Origin: Takakia lepidozioides
Lineage: Eukaryota; Plantae; Bryophyta
DNA: 64,000 bases
NCBI GenBank assembly: GCA_030704615.1
Contig: CM060733.1
Coordinates: 67,208,001-67,272,000, forward strand
Direction of reading: 5' to 3'
Under the pieces are notes generated by a model. That model searched no databases, was not told the origin of the DNA, and worked only from the letters and a program-made list of their open reading frames with translations. A program made the translations under genes and the position numbers. Numbering within the stretch: the first letter of the stretch is position 1; every line of letters starts with the position of its first letter. Below, one piece after another: positions 1-11,697 of this stretch.

Positions 1-732
1 GAAGCCCTTCTAGATGGGATCCCCAGACGGATGTGTCCTCCTCTTAGGCAAAGAGGTGCCGCCCAGCCCCCATTGAGGCACCTGTTACAATGCCATCCAC
101 ACATTATAACATGGCCCTTCAGATGTTGCGAATTCAAGCATAACGAGAATTTGCAGAACAACATAGTACAAGATTCTGCATACCCGTCCCACAGATGAGG
201 TCAAGCACTGTGCCCTCCAGTGTCCCACATACGCATTCTCGTGACATAATCAGATCTTGCATGAATTTGAAATCACGGAAAACAACAGAAGGCTGGTAGA
301 ATTCAGTACTGCATTGTTTATGATAGGTCCATCCAAAGACAATCTCATCAACAAGGAGAGCAAGGTCATGTTGGCCATGAGCCACCCAAACTCTCTTAAT
401 CATGTTTTTAGGGCTTATCCATTCCATACCTCGGTTGGGGTATAACATATGTATGAATCCCAAGGGGTAGGCTTCGTCGCATGAGTGATGAATTTCTTGC
501 CATGGGCGTGGGTTTCAATCAGTTTGCAACCGTCCTCCAGTATGTTTAGAGTCGGAGAATCCTCCAGAACTTTAGAATCCAGCCCTTGCATAGTGGCAAA
601 TGAAGTCACTTGGTGTGACTTATGGCAACCAGTATTGCTGGAATTGGTGGAGGTCAGGGACTGATACACCAAGAAAGCTTGATCTTCATCCATCCCAAAC
701 AAGAAGTTATATGTTGGACCACTGCCAGTCCA

Positions 733-2818
733 TAAGAATCCTTGTTAGTAGCTCAACTTGGCAATGAAATGACCAGAAAGGAAGACGGTAGATAGTGTGT
801 ACAAACACCACTAAGTACACTGGAAAAGGAAGAGTGGGAAGATATTCATGTCATGTCAAGACATGGACAAGACCCACTAGGGTCAAACAGCCCATGACAG
901 GGCACCATCTAACGCTTCCAATCTTGTCATAGCACACCAAGTGACAACACCCAATCAATCATGATAATACAGGGTGGGAGGGCGGGGTTTATTCATGTTC
1001 AGATTCCTGACATGTACCCAAGTAACCCTCTTGCACAATATAGGTTAAATTGCAGCCTCAGATTATATCATCCGTAATTATCCCAAGATATGCATCGTGC
1101 AAGATATCATGGGCATGTAAGAACATCTTGCCACATTACAGATCCAAGATATGTATACACAAGCATCTTGATGGACCAGCCTGTAGTTTTATCAGATTCC
1201 AAGCATGCAACCAATTTAATCCTCTTGGGCATGACAAAACATAATGCAGCCTCATTCTTTACCATTTGTAAGTAACCCAAGACATGCATCATGCAAGGCT
1301 CCTTGGGTAGGTAAGAACAGTCTGCCCTACTACCGATTCAGGATATGTTCATACAAGCACCTTGATGGACCAGCTTGCAATCTATCAGATTTCAAGCATA
1401 CAACCAAGTAATCTTCTTGGGCATGACAAAACATATTGCAGCTTCACTCTTTGCCATTTGCAAGGACCCCAAGACATGCATCATGCAAGGCCCCTTGGGT
1501 AGGTAAGAACAGCCTTCCATACTATAGATTCAAGACATGTATACACAAGCATCTTGATGGACCAGCCTGCAGTTTATTAGATTCCAAACATGCAACCAAG
1601 TAACCCTCTTGGGCATGACAAGACAGACTGCAACTTCATTCTATACCATGTATAATTGCCCCAAGACATGCATCATGTAAGGCATCTTGGCATGGAAGAA
1701 AGGCCTGCCATATTACAGATTCAAGATATGGACACACAAACACTTTGAGAGCCCGAGACCAAGCCCACTTGGCTAAAAAATAAATCATACATTGCAGGTG
1801 CCTGGTCTGATGGCAAAATAAGGCTGATAATCTCTGGCAAACGTCCAGTAGAGCTTACCAACACTCTTTTCCAGGAGGCTTATGCCAGGCTTTGCAAATA
1901 AACCTCGCTATGCTCCATTCCACACCAGATCTAGGCCTGAAAGAGGCCTGTCATTGCCTTATCAGGCTGCCATCTTTAAAAAAATAGGGCCTCTTCTTCC
2001 TTAGAACCTAACAGCCATTGAGGCCTTACCCATAAACCATAACTCCTCTTTAAGGCCAAAACAGTACCTAGCTTAATAATCCACAGGCACCGCTGTCAAA
2101 TTCAAGACAAGGTAAGGTCCAGATGTTGGGCTTCAAGAGACAGGCCTGCCAGGCCGAAATGCTCCATCAAAGGCAGCAAAACAAAAGTCAAAAGTAAGCA
2201 TCAACATGCCAAACCAGGAGCAAGTGGGCCGAAATCGGGGCTACAGGCAGCAACCAAGTCAAGACGCCATACACAATAGGTTCCCTTTGCCCACATCCGT
2301 ATCTGCAAGCTCAAGAGAATTCAAAGCAAGTAGGGATCCTCACCTGGTCCCATCACAAGCCCCCACAAAAACCAACAGGTTAGTGAGGATTGTGGAACCC
2401 CAGGTGAATCACAGACCCCTACACTTGTCATCGATGTCAACTAAGAACCTCAAAAGCAAGAGAGAAAGACATAAAACAAAAGGAACCCTAATCACCAAAA
2501 GCACCTTGAGCGATTGGGGAAGATAACTGTGCGCCATCACCACCAGCAAGCCACCTCCAGCAAAGCAAATGAGAAGTGAAGCATACAAGCACACTTGCTA
2601 GGTTTAAGAAGGGGAGAGAGAGATACTTCCCAACACAAGCGCCGCTGCAAAAATTAAAAGCCAGAGGAGGGAAAGAGACGATGCATTCACAGCATTGTCT
2701 CTCGCCTGTAGGAAAAACAAAGCGTTGTCATTGCGCATCCCCAGGAGATCGCCCAGCACGGGTACGATGCAGCAAACAGGGTAGCAGCAAAACGCAGACG
2801 CCATAACGCTCTCCCCGC
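733..2818. repeat. Left arm of a long inverted repeat (about 2.1 kb)
   Basis: TTGGCAATGAAATGACCAGAAAGGAAGAC at 758 is the reverse complement of about 5651-5679. The inner end CCATAACGCTCTCCCCGC matches 3623-3640. Mirror ORFs appear in the track (2409..2594- vs 3833..4018+; 2576..2806+ vs 3657..3851-). Confidence 0.95.
1083..1745 (+). repeat. Tandem repeat of about 192 bp, about 3.5 units (mirrored at about 4680-5340)
   Basis: CCAAGA(C/T)ATGCATC(A/G)TG recurs at about 1083, 1277, 1469 and 1661. Confidence 0.85.
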
Positions 2819-2930
2819 AGATAACTGTGCGCCATCACGGGGTGAGTGCATACCACACTCACTCCATAAGGGACTACCATACCAGGGGCTGGTTGGTGGG
2901 TGCCCCCTCTCTCCCTCTGTCTCCCCCCCT

Positions 2931-3578
2931 CCTTGGAATTGGCCGGTTTTATCAGTGTTAATTTCCTGTTTTTTCATCCATACTGGATGGACTCTGGCAG
3001 TTTTTTCACCCGCCCTATAACAATTTTTCATCCATACCGGATGAACTACCAGGGTGGACACTAAATTACCTCTAAGCCGAGTCTCGGATTTTTCATGCCT
3101 CTTTTATTGACTTTCACCCATACCGGTTTGAGTCACTAGAGAATGAGGAATTACCTCTGTGGGGGTTGCTAGTGGCATCATATTTTTCCATCCATACCAG
3201 ATGAAAAATGCCAGGATATTAATTTTTTCATTCCGCTTTTATTGCTTTTTCATCCGTACCAGATGAGGCATTTTTGGGATGATGAATTACGTGTAAGGAT
3301 GTAAAACTGATGCTTTGGCTGTTATTTCATGTTTTTCCATCCTACTGATGGACTTTTTCCAACGGATGAACTCAATGATTTTTTTCATCTGTACAGCTTT
3401 TGATGGCCCTGGACTGATATTAATTACCCCTAATTATGGTTAATTAAGGTGTGAAACCCTAACCCCTACCCTAAAACCTACCGTCTAACCTAGCTACGGA
3501 TGAAATCCGTCAGGTTTTAAAGGATGTGGTGTTGATTGTTCATCCTGCACGGATGAAAAATCGGGCAAGTGCCCTAGG
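2931..3578. mobile_element. Small non-coding element in the palindrome spacer, built from CATCC-n-GGATG/AGATG mini-palindromes
   Basis: Repeated CATCCATACTGGATG, CATCCATACCGGATG and CATCCGTACCAGATG. Imperfect inverted ends: CCTTGGAATTGGCCGGTTTT and (rc) CCTAGGGCACTTGCCCGATTTTT. Confidence 0.4.
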
Positions 3579-3621
3579 ATGTGTCTCTCGCCGTCAGAAG
3601 CACGAGTAGTGCTTCTGAGCT

Positions 3622-5692
3622 CGCGGGGAGAGCGTTATGGCGTTTGCATTTTGCTGCTACCGTACCCGTGTTGGACGATCTCCTGGGGATGCGCAATGAC
3701 AGCGCTTTTGTTTTCTTACAGGCGGGAGACAATGCTGTGAATGCATCGTCTCTTTCCCTCCTCTGGCTTTTAATTTTTGCAGCGGCGCTTGTGTTGGGAA
3801 GTATCTCTCTCTCCCCTTCTTAAACCTAGCAAGTGTGCTTGTATGCTTCACTTCTCCTTTGCTTTGCTGGATGTGGCTTGCTGGTGGTGATGGCGCACAG
3901 TTATCCTCCCCAATCGCTCAAGGTGCTTTTGGTGATTAGGGTTCATTTTGTTTTGTATCTTTCTCTCTTGCTTTTGACTTTCTTGGTTGACATCGATGAT
4001 AAGTGTAGGGGTCTGTGATTCACCTGGGGTTCCACAATCCTCACTAATCTGTTGGTTTTTGTGGGGGCTTGTGATGGGACCAGGTGAGGATCCCTACTTG
4101 CTTTGAATTCTCTTGAGCTTACAGATACGGATGTGGGCAAAGGGAACCTATTGTGTATGGCGTCTTGATTTCTGGTTGCTGCCTGCAGCCCCGATTTCAG
4201 CCCGCTTGCTCCTGGTTTGGCATATTGATGCTACTTTTTGACTTTTGTTTTGCTGCCTTTGATGGAGCATTTCGGCCTGGCAGGCATGTCTCTTGAAGCC
4301 CAACATCTGGACCTTACCTTGTCTTGAATCTTTGGCAGCGGCGCCTGTGGATTATACTGTTTTGGCCTTAAAGAGGAGTTATGGTGTATGGGTAAGGCCT
4401 CAATGGCTGTTAGGTTCTAAGGAAGAAGAGCCCCTGTTTTTTTAAAGATGGCAGCCTGATAAGGCAATGACAGGCCTCTTTCAGGCCTGGATCTGGTGTG
4501 GAATGGAGCATAGTGAGGTTTATTTGCAAAGCCTGGCCTAAGCCTCTTGGAAATGAGTGTTGGTAAGCTCTACTGGACGTTTGCCAGAGTTTATCAGCCT
4601 TATTTTGCCATCAGACCAGGCACCTGCAATGTATGATTTATTTTTTAGCTCAGTGGGCTTGGTCTCGGGCTCTCAAAGTGTTTGTGTGTCCATATCTTGA
4701 ATCTGCAATATGGCAGGCCTTTCTTCCATGCCAAGATGCCTTACATGATGCATGTCTTGGGGCAATTATACATGGTATAGAATGAAGTTGTAGTCTGTCT
4801 TGTCATGCCCAAGAGGGTTACTTGGTTGCATGTTTGGAATCTAATAAACTGCAGGCTGGTCCATCAAGATGCTTGTGTATACATGTCTTGAATCTGTAGT
4901 ATGGAAGGCTGTTCTTACCTACCCAAGGGGCCTTGCATGATGCATGTCTTGGGGTACTTGCAAATGGCAAAGAGTGAAGCTGCAATATGTTTTGTCATGC
5001 CCAAGAAGATTACTTGGTTGCATGCTTGAAATCTGATAGATTGCAGGCTGGTCCATCAAGGTGCTTGTATGAACATATCATGAATGGGTAGTAGGGCAGA
5101 ATGTTCTTACCTACCCAAGGAGCCTTGCATGATGCATGTCTTGGGTTACTTACAAATGGTAAAGAGTGAGGCTGCATTATGTTTTGTCATGCCCAAGAGG
5201 ATTAATTGGTTGCATGCTTGGAATCTGATAAACTACAGGCTGGTCTATCAAGATGCTTGTGTATACATATCTTGGATCTGTAATGTGGCAAGATGTTCTT
5301 ACATGCCCATGATATCTTGCATGATGCATATCTTGGGATAATTACGAATGATATAATCTGAGGCTGCAATTTAACCTGTATTGTGCAAGAGGGTTACTTG
5401 GGTACATGTTAGGAATCTGAACATGAATAAACCCCGCCCTCCCACCCTGTATTATCATGATTGATTGGGTGTTGTCACTTGGTGTGCTATGACAAGATTG
5501 GAAGCGTTAGATGGTGCCCTGTCATGGGATGTTTATGTCTTTACTTGATAATGACCCTAGTGGGTCTTGTCCATGTCTTGACATGACATGAATATCTTCC
5601 CACTCTTCCTTTTCCAGTGTACTTAGTGGTGTTTGTACACACTATCTACTGTCTTCCTTTCTGGTCATTTCATTGCCAAACAAGGATTCCTA
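3622..5692. repeat. Right arm of the long inverted repeat
   Basis: Near-identical reverse complement of 733-2818 with scattered substitutions and small indels. Confidence 0.95.
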
Positions 5693-5699
5693 GGGACTA

Positions 5700-6256
5700 A
5701 TTCGGCCTGTACCTTTGTGGTCCTCACCTGTTCGCCCCCACTCGCTGTCTGTACCGTCTCGGTAGGCAGAGAGACCATCAAGGGAAGTGTACTCCGTACT
5801 CTGCGCTGCTCAGCCATAGCCAAGCTGATAATCTAGGTCAAGCAATTGAGATCCATTGCTTGCCCCAACACTTGACGACATGATGCCTCAGAAAGAGATG
5901 ACACTGCCGTGGTATCACGTTAGCATTGGGCTCCACTAACTGCTGCAACTGGCTATCCCACAAGAGGCCAGGTCCACCATCCCGGAAAGCATGAGATCCT
6001 GGAAAGCTGAGCAGTGTAGGCAATGTTGCTCGTGGGTGACCCACCTTATTGACCACTGCCAAAGGTGATCGGTCATCGTGTCTCATACGCTGAGACTGCC
6101 TCCCTATGTCCAAAATGCTATCCATCGTCAGGTTTGGTGGCCGCTGCACCCGATCAAATGCACGCTTGAGCAGTGCAGGTGGCATCAAGTTGGTCCACCA
6201 TAGTCGTGGGCGATGAGCCACTGCAGCTGCATCCAGCAACACTGCTAACCCAAGCC
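5700..6256 (-). pseudogene. DNMT3-like C5 cytosine methyltransferase C-terminal fragment, probably retrotransposon-borne
   Basis: LLDAAAVAHRPRLWWTNL resembles DNMT3 motif VIII (IDA..VSAAHRARYFWGNL). After a frameshift SEASCRQVLGQAMDLNCL resembles motif X. Intronless and truncated on both sides by insertions. Confidence 0.6.
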
Positions 6257-6307
6257 CTAGTTATCATTCCTGACGTGACGTGGCGCTCACACGTCGGCCG
6301 TCACGTC
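6257..6307 (-). other. Element terminus: CTAG plus GC-rich hairpin (resembles a Helitron 3' end)
   Basis: CTAG at 6257-6260 lies 11 nt from the stem GACGTGACG (6272-6280) / CGTCACGTC (6299-6307). The same structure occurs at 51377-51427. Confidence 0.7.
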
Positions 6308-6464
6308 CGACATGCGTCACGTCACGTCGAATCCGGACGTTTACCCATGTAATTTTTTTTACATTTGACTTTTACGATTTACTTCTACATTTTGTAATAA
6401 CATGGCAGCCACGGTGTAAAATAGACGTGGCCAATTATTAATATTTATTAATTCTTTTAAAAAA

Positions 6465-7070
6465 ATGTGTCCGCCTATATTGGCAGTTGCATATAATTTA
6501 ATATTTTTATTAAATTAAGCGACCGCCTATATTGGCGGTCGGTTGAAGTTTATTATGTTTTAAATGAAAGGACCGCCCAGATTGGCGGTCGCTCGCACTT
6601 TATTATATTATTATTATTACATCTCTGATATATTATGTAAAAATACAGTGACCGCCATGTGGTGGTCGCTATATATATTTTTTAAATTTAGCGACTGCCA
6701 TTTAGCAGCGGTCGCTTATTTTTATTTTTATTCTTAAATAAAGCGACTGCCGTTTGGCGGTCGCTTCTTCAGTTAATTTTTGAAAAATGCAGCGACCGCC
6801 ATTTGGAGGCGGTCGCTCGATTTGATTTTGATTCTTAAATTAAGCGACCGCCGTTTGGCGGTCGCTTACTTAATGTATTTTTTTAAATGAAGCGACCGCC
6901 ATTTAGCGGCGGTCGCTTATTTATATTTTGATTCTTGAATTAAGCGATTGCCAGTAGGCGGTCGCTTATTTAATATATTTAAAAAAACAACAGCGACTGC
7001 CATGTGGCGGTCGCTCTTTTTGTTTTTATAAATATAACGACCGTCATGCGGCGGTCGCGTGTTTTTTTTT
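6465..7070. repeat. Array of palindromic GCGACCGCC-n-GGCGGTCGC units separated by AT-rich spacers
   Basis: About 11 hairpin units at roughly 55-60 bp spacing, e.g. AGCGACCGCCGTTTGGCGGTCGCT at 6843. Confidence 0.9.
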
Positions 7071-7642
7071 TCTTAGAAATCCAGGACCCGCCGTGTGGCA
7101 TTTTGTTTTTAATTTTTTAATCATGAAGCGGCGCCTGGCCAAGCCATGTGGCGAGGTGCCACGGGTCAGGAAAAATGAAACAAATGGGATGGGGGGAGGT
7201 GATTTTGAACCCTTGACCTCTCCCATGTGGGTGCGCGTGGCGAGGCGCCACTGGCCTGTCGCGCCTTTTCAAGCATAATGCCATTTTGGGAGGGGGGGGG
7301 CTGGTGGGCGCCTATATAGACCATTCCCCCCTCCTTTTCTGATCACTTTTGCCCCTCTCGTGGTGCGGTTCCTTGGCATCCTGTAGTCCTTTCGGACTTC
7401 GTTGCTTGGCACTGCCAACGGGAGGTGCAAAGGTGATTATTTGGGAAGGGGGGGGGGGGGGGGTTGTCGGTTTTCTATTGGTCAGTTTAACACACTTGGT
7501 CACGGTTCAATCATCGTATCACCATTTTGCCGTTTTCGGATCTCCAACGGCCTGCTTTTTTTTCAGAAAACAGGCATCATCCACACGCATTCATTGCCGT
7601 TTTCTGAGGTTTTGGACCTTGTAGTGGGCAAAGGTTTATACA

Positions 7643-9016
7643 ATGTCGGGGGTTATGAATTCAAGTTCTGGGGTGGGATCGTCTGGGGATCGGAGGAAAA
7701 GAAAACGTGCCCACGAGTGGGATAGCCAGGTCAACAAGCCAGACTACCCGGGACCGGATGCCTTGGATAGGGTGAAAGAAGTGGTAGTGGATTTTTTCAA
7801 GGGTAGGGACATGACGAGGCTGGAGAGTGCTTATGTCAGGACAAGCCAAAGTTCAATCGGTGGATCCAAAGCAGGGCGAAATACGCCACGTGGAATTTGA
7901 GACAACTAATGAAGACATGGAAGGGTAGAGCAACCGAAGGTCGAGTGCCCTCCGCCGAAGCTGAGTTAATGCGGCGTGTTGAGTATTGGGCTTGCTCGGC
8001 AAGTCAGAATTCACATCGCCGGACTAGGGTTGTCCCTTGGAAGGCGGGGTCATCGGGCGGGGGAGACACAACTGGTCTTTATTACCTGAACTCTATTGCG
8101 AAGGTGGTAGAGATTGGCCCTTACAAAGAAGGAGGGTATGCTAAGGTCCGTCAGTGTAGGATTGTTGGCGATTCGAGAATACCGGAGCATTGGGAGCTAG
8201 CGGGAAAAACCCAAGTCCAAAAATCCAGAAAAGACGTTGAGACAACATAACGACGAGTGTTTGGCAGTGAAGTTCCAGCATCCGGATGTTATCTCATATT
8301 TTGCTGTGAATGCACGTGAGGTAGAGGGTTACACTCGCTGGTGGAATGAGGGGACAATACGCGACATGATGAACCTTGACAGAAAATGGGGCAACGATTC
8401 GGACATCAGGGTGATTTTGGAACAAAGGGGAACGGAAGCAGAGTTCCAGGAACGCGATCGCTTGCTTCATTTTCGGAAAGTGCAAAGTAAACTTGCATGG
8501 GCACTGGTGTGCATCATGGATGTTGTCCACAAGAACAGTGTCATGCACAACGACTTGTCCCCCGACAACATCTTGTTGCATTTTCCAGATGGCACCGAGG
8601 AGATCAAGATTGGGGTGTGTGATTGGGGCTTAGCCACCCCATTGGGCATACGCAAAGCCTCGTCATACCAGTTTGAAAACCAAGACAAGCTGGACCGGGA
8701 ACTCGCGAAAAGATGGTAGGTGGAAAAAGATATTGCATCGGTTTTCGATGCGAATGCCCCCCCCCCCCCCAAGGACATGACGTCGGAGGCCTTTGCCATT
8801 GGGAAGATAGCGGTACGAATAAATGGCGGTGCTCATTATGATCAAAGTATGTTCGAGGACCAATTTACGGGAGGTTGTTGGCATTCAATGCTACAAAGGT
8901 TGTACGACAACAACAAGAATGAGATAGTCACATTAGCCCATGTAGTACTTCGGTTCATGGCAAGCCGTTCAATTGGCCTGAGCCGAAAGATGTATATAAG
9001 ACGGAGTAGACCATAG
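7643..9016 (+). pseudogene. Protein kinase-like gene (non-RD, HND catalytic loop), copy A, frameshifted
   Basis: Across ORFs 7643, 7897, 8237 and 8720: EGGYAKV (Gly loop), ELAGKT (catalytic Lys), E..AVKFQHPDV, VMHNDLSPDNILLH, VCDWGLA, SEAFAIGKI. N-terminal RRKRKR. Two frameshifts and a TAG at 8717. TATA-like CCTATATAG at about 7310. Confidence 0.85.
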
Positions 9017-9087
9017 TCTCGTAGATATGAGATTTGTGGCGGTACAATGGTTCTTTTATGAAGACATAACTCAATTTTGATCGTACA

Positions 9088-9637
9088 TGTAATAAATAAA
9101 GTCGCATTGTAAATACTACATTGCATATGCTCGACCCTGACACCTGTCATCGCAACATAAATGGTTTGTGTACTGACTCACTGTTTATATTTGTAATGTT
9201 CCAAGGTTTCGGATAGGGTTATGAGAAAACAATGTATTAGTTCCGTAGGAGTTAGACAACAAACGTCTCACATCTCATTCAACTGTGCGACACTACCATG
9301 AGAGACATGGATCGGAAAGTAATAGGTGCACATGCGACCTCCGAACGTTTGATACTAGGTCCAGCAAATGGTCTACTTGAACGTCTGGAGGTCGCATGTA
9401 CATCTATTATTTTTTTTATCTATGTCACTCATGGTAGGGTCGACATTTGAATGAGATATGGAACGTTTGTTGTCTAACTCCTATGAAGCCAATATATCAT
9501 TTTCTCAGTACCCTGTCAGAAACATTGAAACATTCGAAGTTACAAACAGTGCCACAATACACGGCCGGTTTTGTTGAAATGACATCTGTGAGGTTCGAGC
9601 GTATGCAATTTATTATTTACAACGGAACTTTATTTAC
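9088..9637. repeat. Imperfect hairpin of about 550 bp (MITE/foldback-like) 3' of kinase A
   Basis: TAGGAGTTAGACAACAAACG (about 9246) pairs with CGTTTGTTGTCTAACTCCTA (about 9464). ACATGCGACCTCC pairs with GGAGGTCGCATGT. Centre at about 9365. Confidence 0.85.
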
Positions 9638-10309
9638 TCGGGATACCGGTACTGCTGCTGGAGCGCAACTGATGGTGCGAGTTCTCTATTGATTAGAGCT
9701 GTCACAACCAATCCGTAGTACTTTTTTTGCTATTCCTATGCCAACGTCCTTTGAGACTGTCATGTTCAAACGAACGTATCAGCCACCCCGGCCAGCTTGC
9801 AGGCTGCAGCCATGGCCCACCATAAATTGAATGAATTGGAGATTTTGTGCGAAGTTCCTGGTTTCATGTCCGTGGTGGCTAATACGGAATTTGGAATATG
9901 ACAGTCGCAGTGGACTTGATGTTGTTAGCATGGGAGTAGCAAAACGATTCCTAAAGAATTCAGCTACATGAACATCGGCAGTATGAAACACCTTGCAGTA
10001 CATATGATTCTTGAGATTGTTTCCACGGATTATTTGTGTTTGTGCTTTCAAGTAGCGAACATTTCCGCCATGGTGCGGAAGAGGTGCATTGGCCACATTA
10101 AACAGTTGATGTGATACCATTTCACAAATGTATCACATCGCATTTGTGAAAATGTATCACATGAACCGTTCCATGTGGCTTACGGGAGTCTTCGATGGGT
10201 GCGAGATCAATGTTCCAGGTGGAGAATATCAACATATTGGATAAAGTGGACATGGAGAAGCACCGCATTACGAGGCAGGAGACACTACAAAAAGAGCTTC
10301 AAAGGGCAC

Positions 10310-11697
10310 GAAACCCCATTTATTCAATGGGCGATTGAATGGTTACCCATCCAAATGATTTTCGTTTGTTCTCAATCTTTGCCACTATGTTCAACATACC
10401 ATGTATCAGGTCCCGGACTAATATGAGATCAATTGAAATTCATTCAAAGGCTCAACGGATGGTTGACCATCGAAATGATTTTGGTTCGCTTTGAGACTTG
10501 GCCACTATGTTCAATGTGCCATATAAGAGGCCCCAGAGTAATATGAGATCAATCGAAATTCGTTCAATGGGCCAACGGATGGTTGCCCATCCAAATGATT
10601 TTCGTTCGTTTTGAGACTTGGCCAATGTGTTCAATGTACCCTCTGATACGTCCCAGTGTAATACGAGATCAATCAAAATTCGTTCGATGGGCCAATGAGG
10701 CTTTCACTTGTCATCTGGTTTTTGTTCAATGCGGAAAAAAAATCCTGCAATGCGTGCACGGCTATTGCACCCATTGAACGGATGTGGTTGAAGCCCCTCT
10801 TTTGCCCCCATGTGCTTGAACATGTGTGTGACACATTTGCGGAGACACAACAGACGAATAGATCATTTGCCTCCCCATCGACGCGCTCACCCCTCAACCA
10901 TTCCAGAATTTAATTGAATTTAAATTAATTTTAAACCAATAAATAGGTTTGCACTGCCTTTCATTGGGGGTTTCTGGCACGTATCGATTTTGTTTTTGGC
11001 TCAATTTTGTTCTGCAGCTTCAAGCATCCCACCGCTACTCCTCTGCCAAATTTGGACCAATAAAAAATGCCCCCAAAAAAAAAGTGTTCTCTTCGCTCAC
11101 TATTGCAAAACTCTCTATAAAGAGTGCATCAAGTAAAACACAAATCAAGTATGGAGTGCAAAACAGGGAAGAAACTGTGGTTTTGGGTCCAAATGAATTA
11201 TGTTCGCTCCCAAATTTGGCATGCACGTTGCATATGGAGTCATTACACGCCCCATTCAAAAGCAGAATGAAAAAAAAATCGTGAGCACGCGAAACACAGT
11301 CCAACAGGTCCCAAAGTAATAGCAGATCCAACGGAATACATTCAACGGGTGAACGGATGGTTGCCCATCCAAATCATTTTTGTTTGCTTCCAAACTTTGC
11401 CAGTACGTTTGAGACACCTTCTCACAGATCCCGGACTAATATGAGATCAATCGAAATTCATTCGATGGCTCAACGGATGGTTGGCCATTGAAATGATTTT
11501 AGTTCGCTTTGAGACTTGGCCACTATGTTCAATGTACCATGTAAGAGGCCCCAGAGTAATATCAGATCAATCGAAATTTGTTCAATAGGCCAACGGATGG
11601 TTGCCCATCCAAATGATTTTCGTTCGCTTTGAGACTTGGCCAGTGTGTTCAATGTACCCTCTGATATGTCCCAGTGTAATATGAGATCAATCGAAAT
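10310..11697 (+). repeat. Satellite-like array: 120-bp monomers in triplets within a higher-order unit of about 1.0 kb (about 1.4 units)
   Basis: GAGATCAATCGAAATTC...AACGGATGGTTG.CCATC.AAATGATTTT recurs at about 10425, 10545, 10665, then 11443, 11563 and 11683. Confidence 0.9.

Noticed and set aside
1-730. Minus-strand ORFs 134-463 and 415-702 as the continuation of the DNMT-bearing retroelement (TVLDLICGTG and IMCGWHC resemble methylase motifs I and IV)
   Set aside because: Motif spacing and order relative to the 5700-6256 fragment do not fit, and the sequence is too degenerate to call.
3450-3492. Telomere-like AAACCCTAACCCCTACCCTAAAACCTA
   Set aside because: Only a few degenerate units; such motifs are common in plant promoters and TEs.
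2206-4140. Short mirrored ORFs in the palindrome arms
   Set aside because: No recognisable domains; they are duplicated only because the arms are inverted copies.
6465-7070. CRISPR-like look of palindromic repeats with spacers (also 38340-39650 and 59680-62103)
   Set aside because: Eukaryotic TE context, degenerate repeats, spacers that are low-complexity or related to each other, and no cas genes. These fit transposon subterminal repeats.
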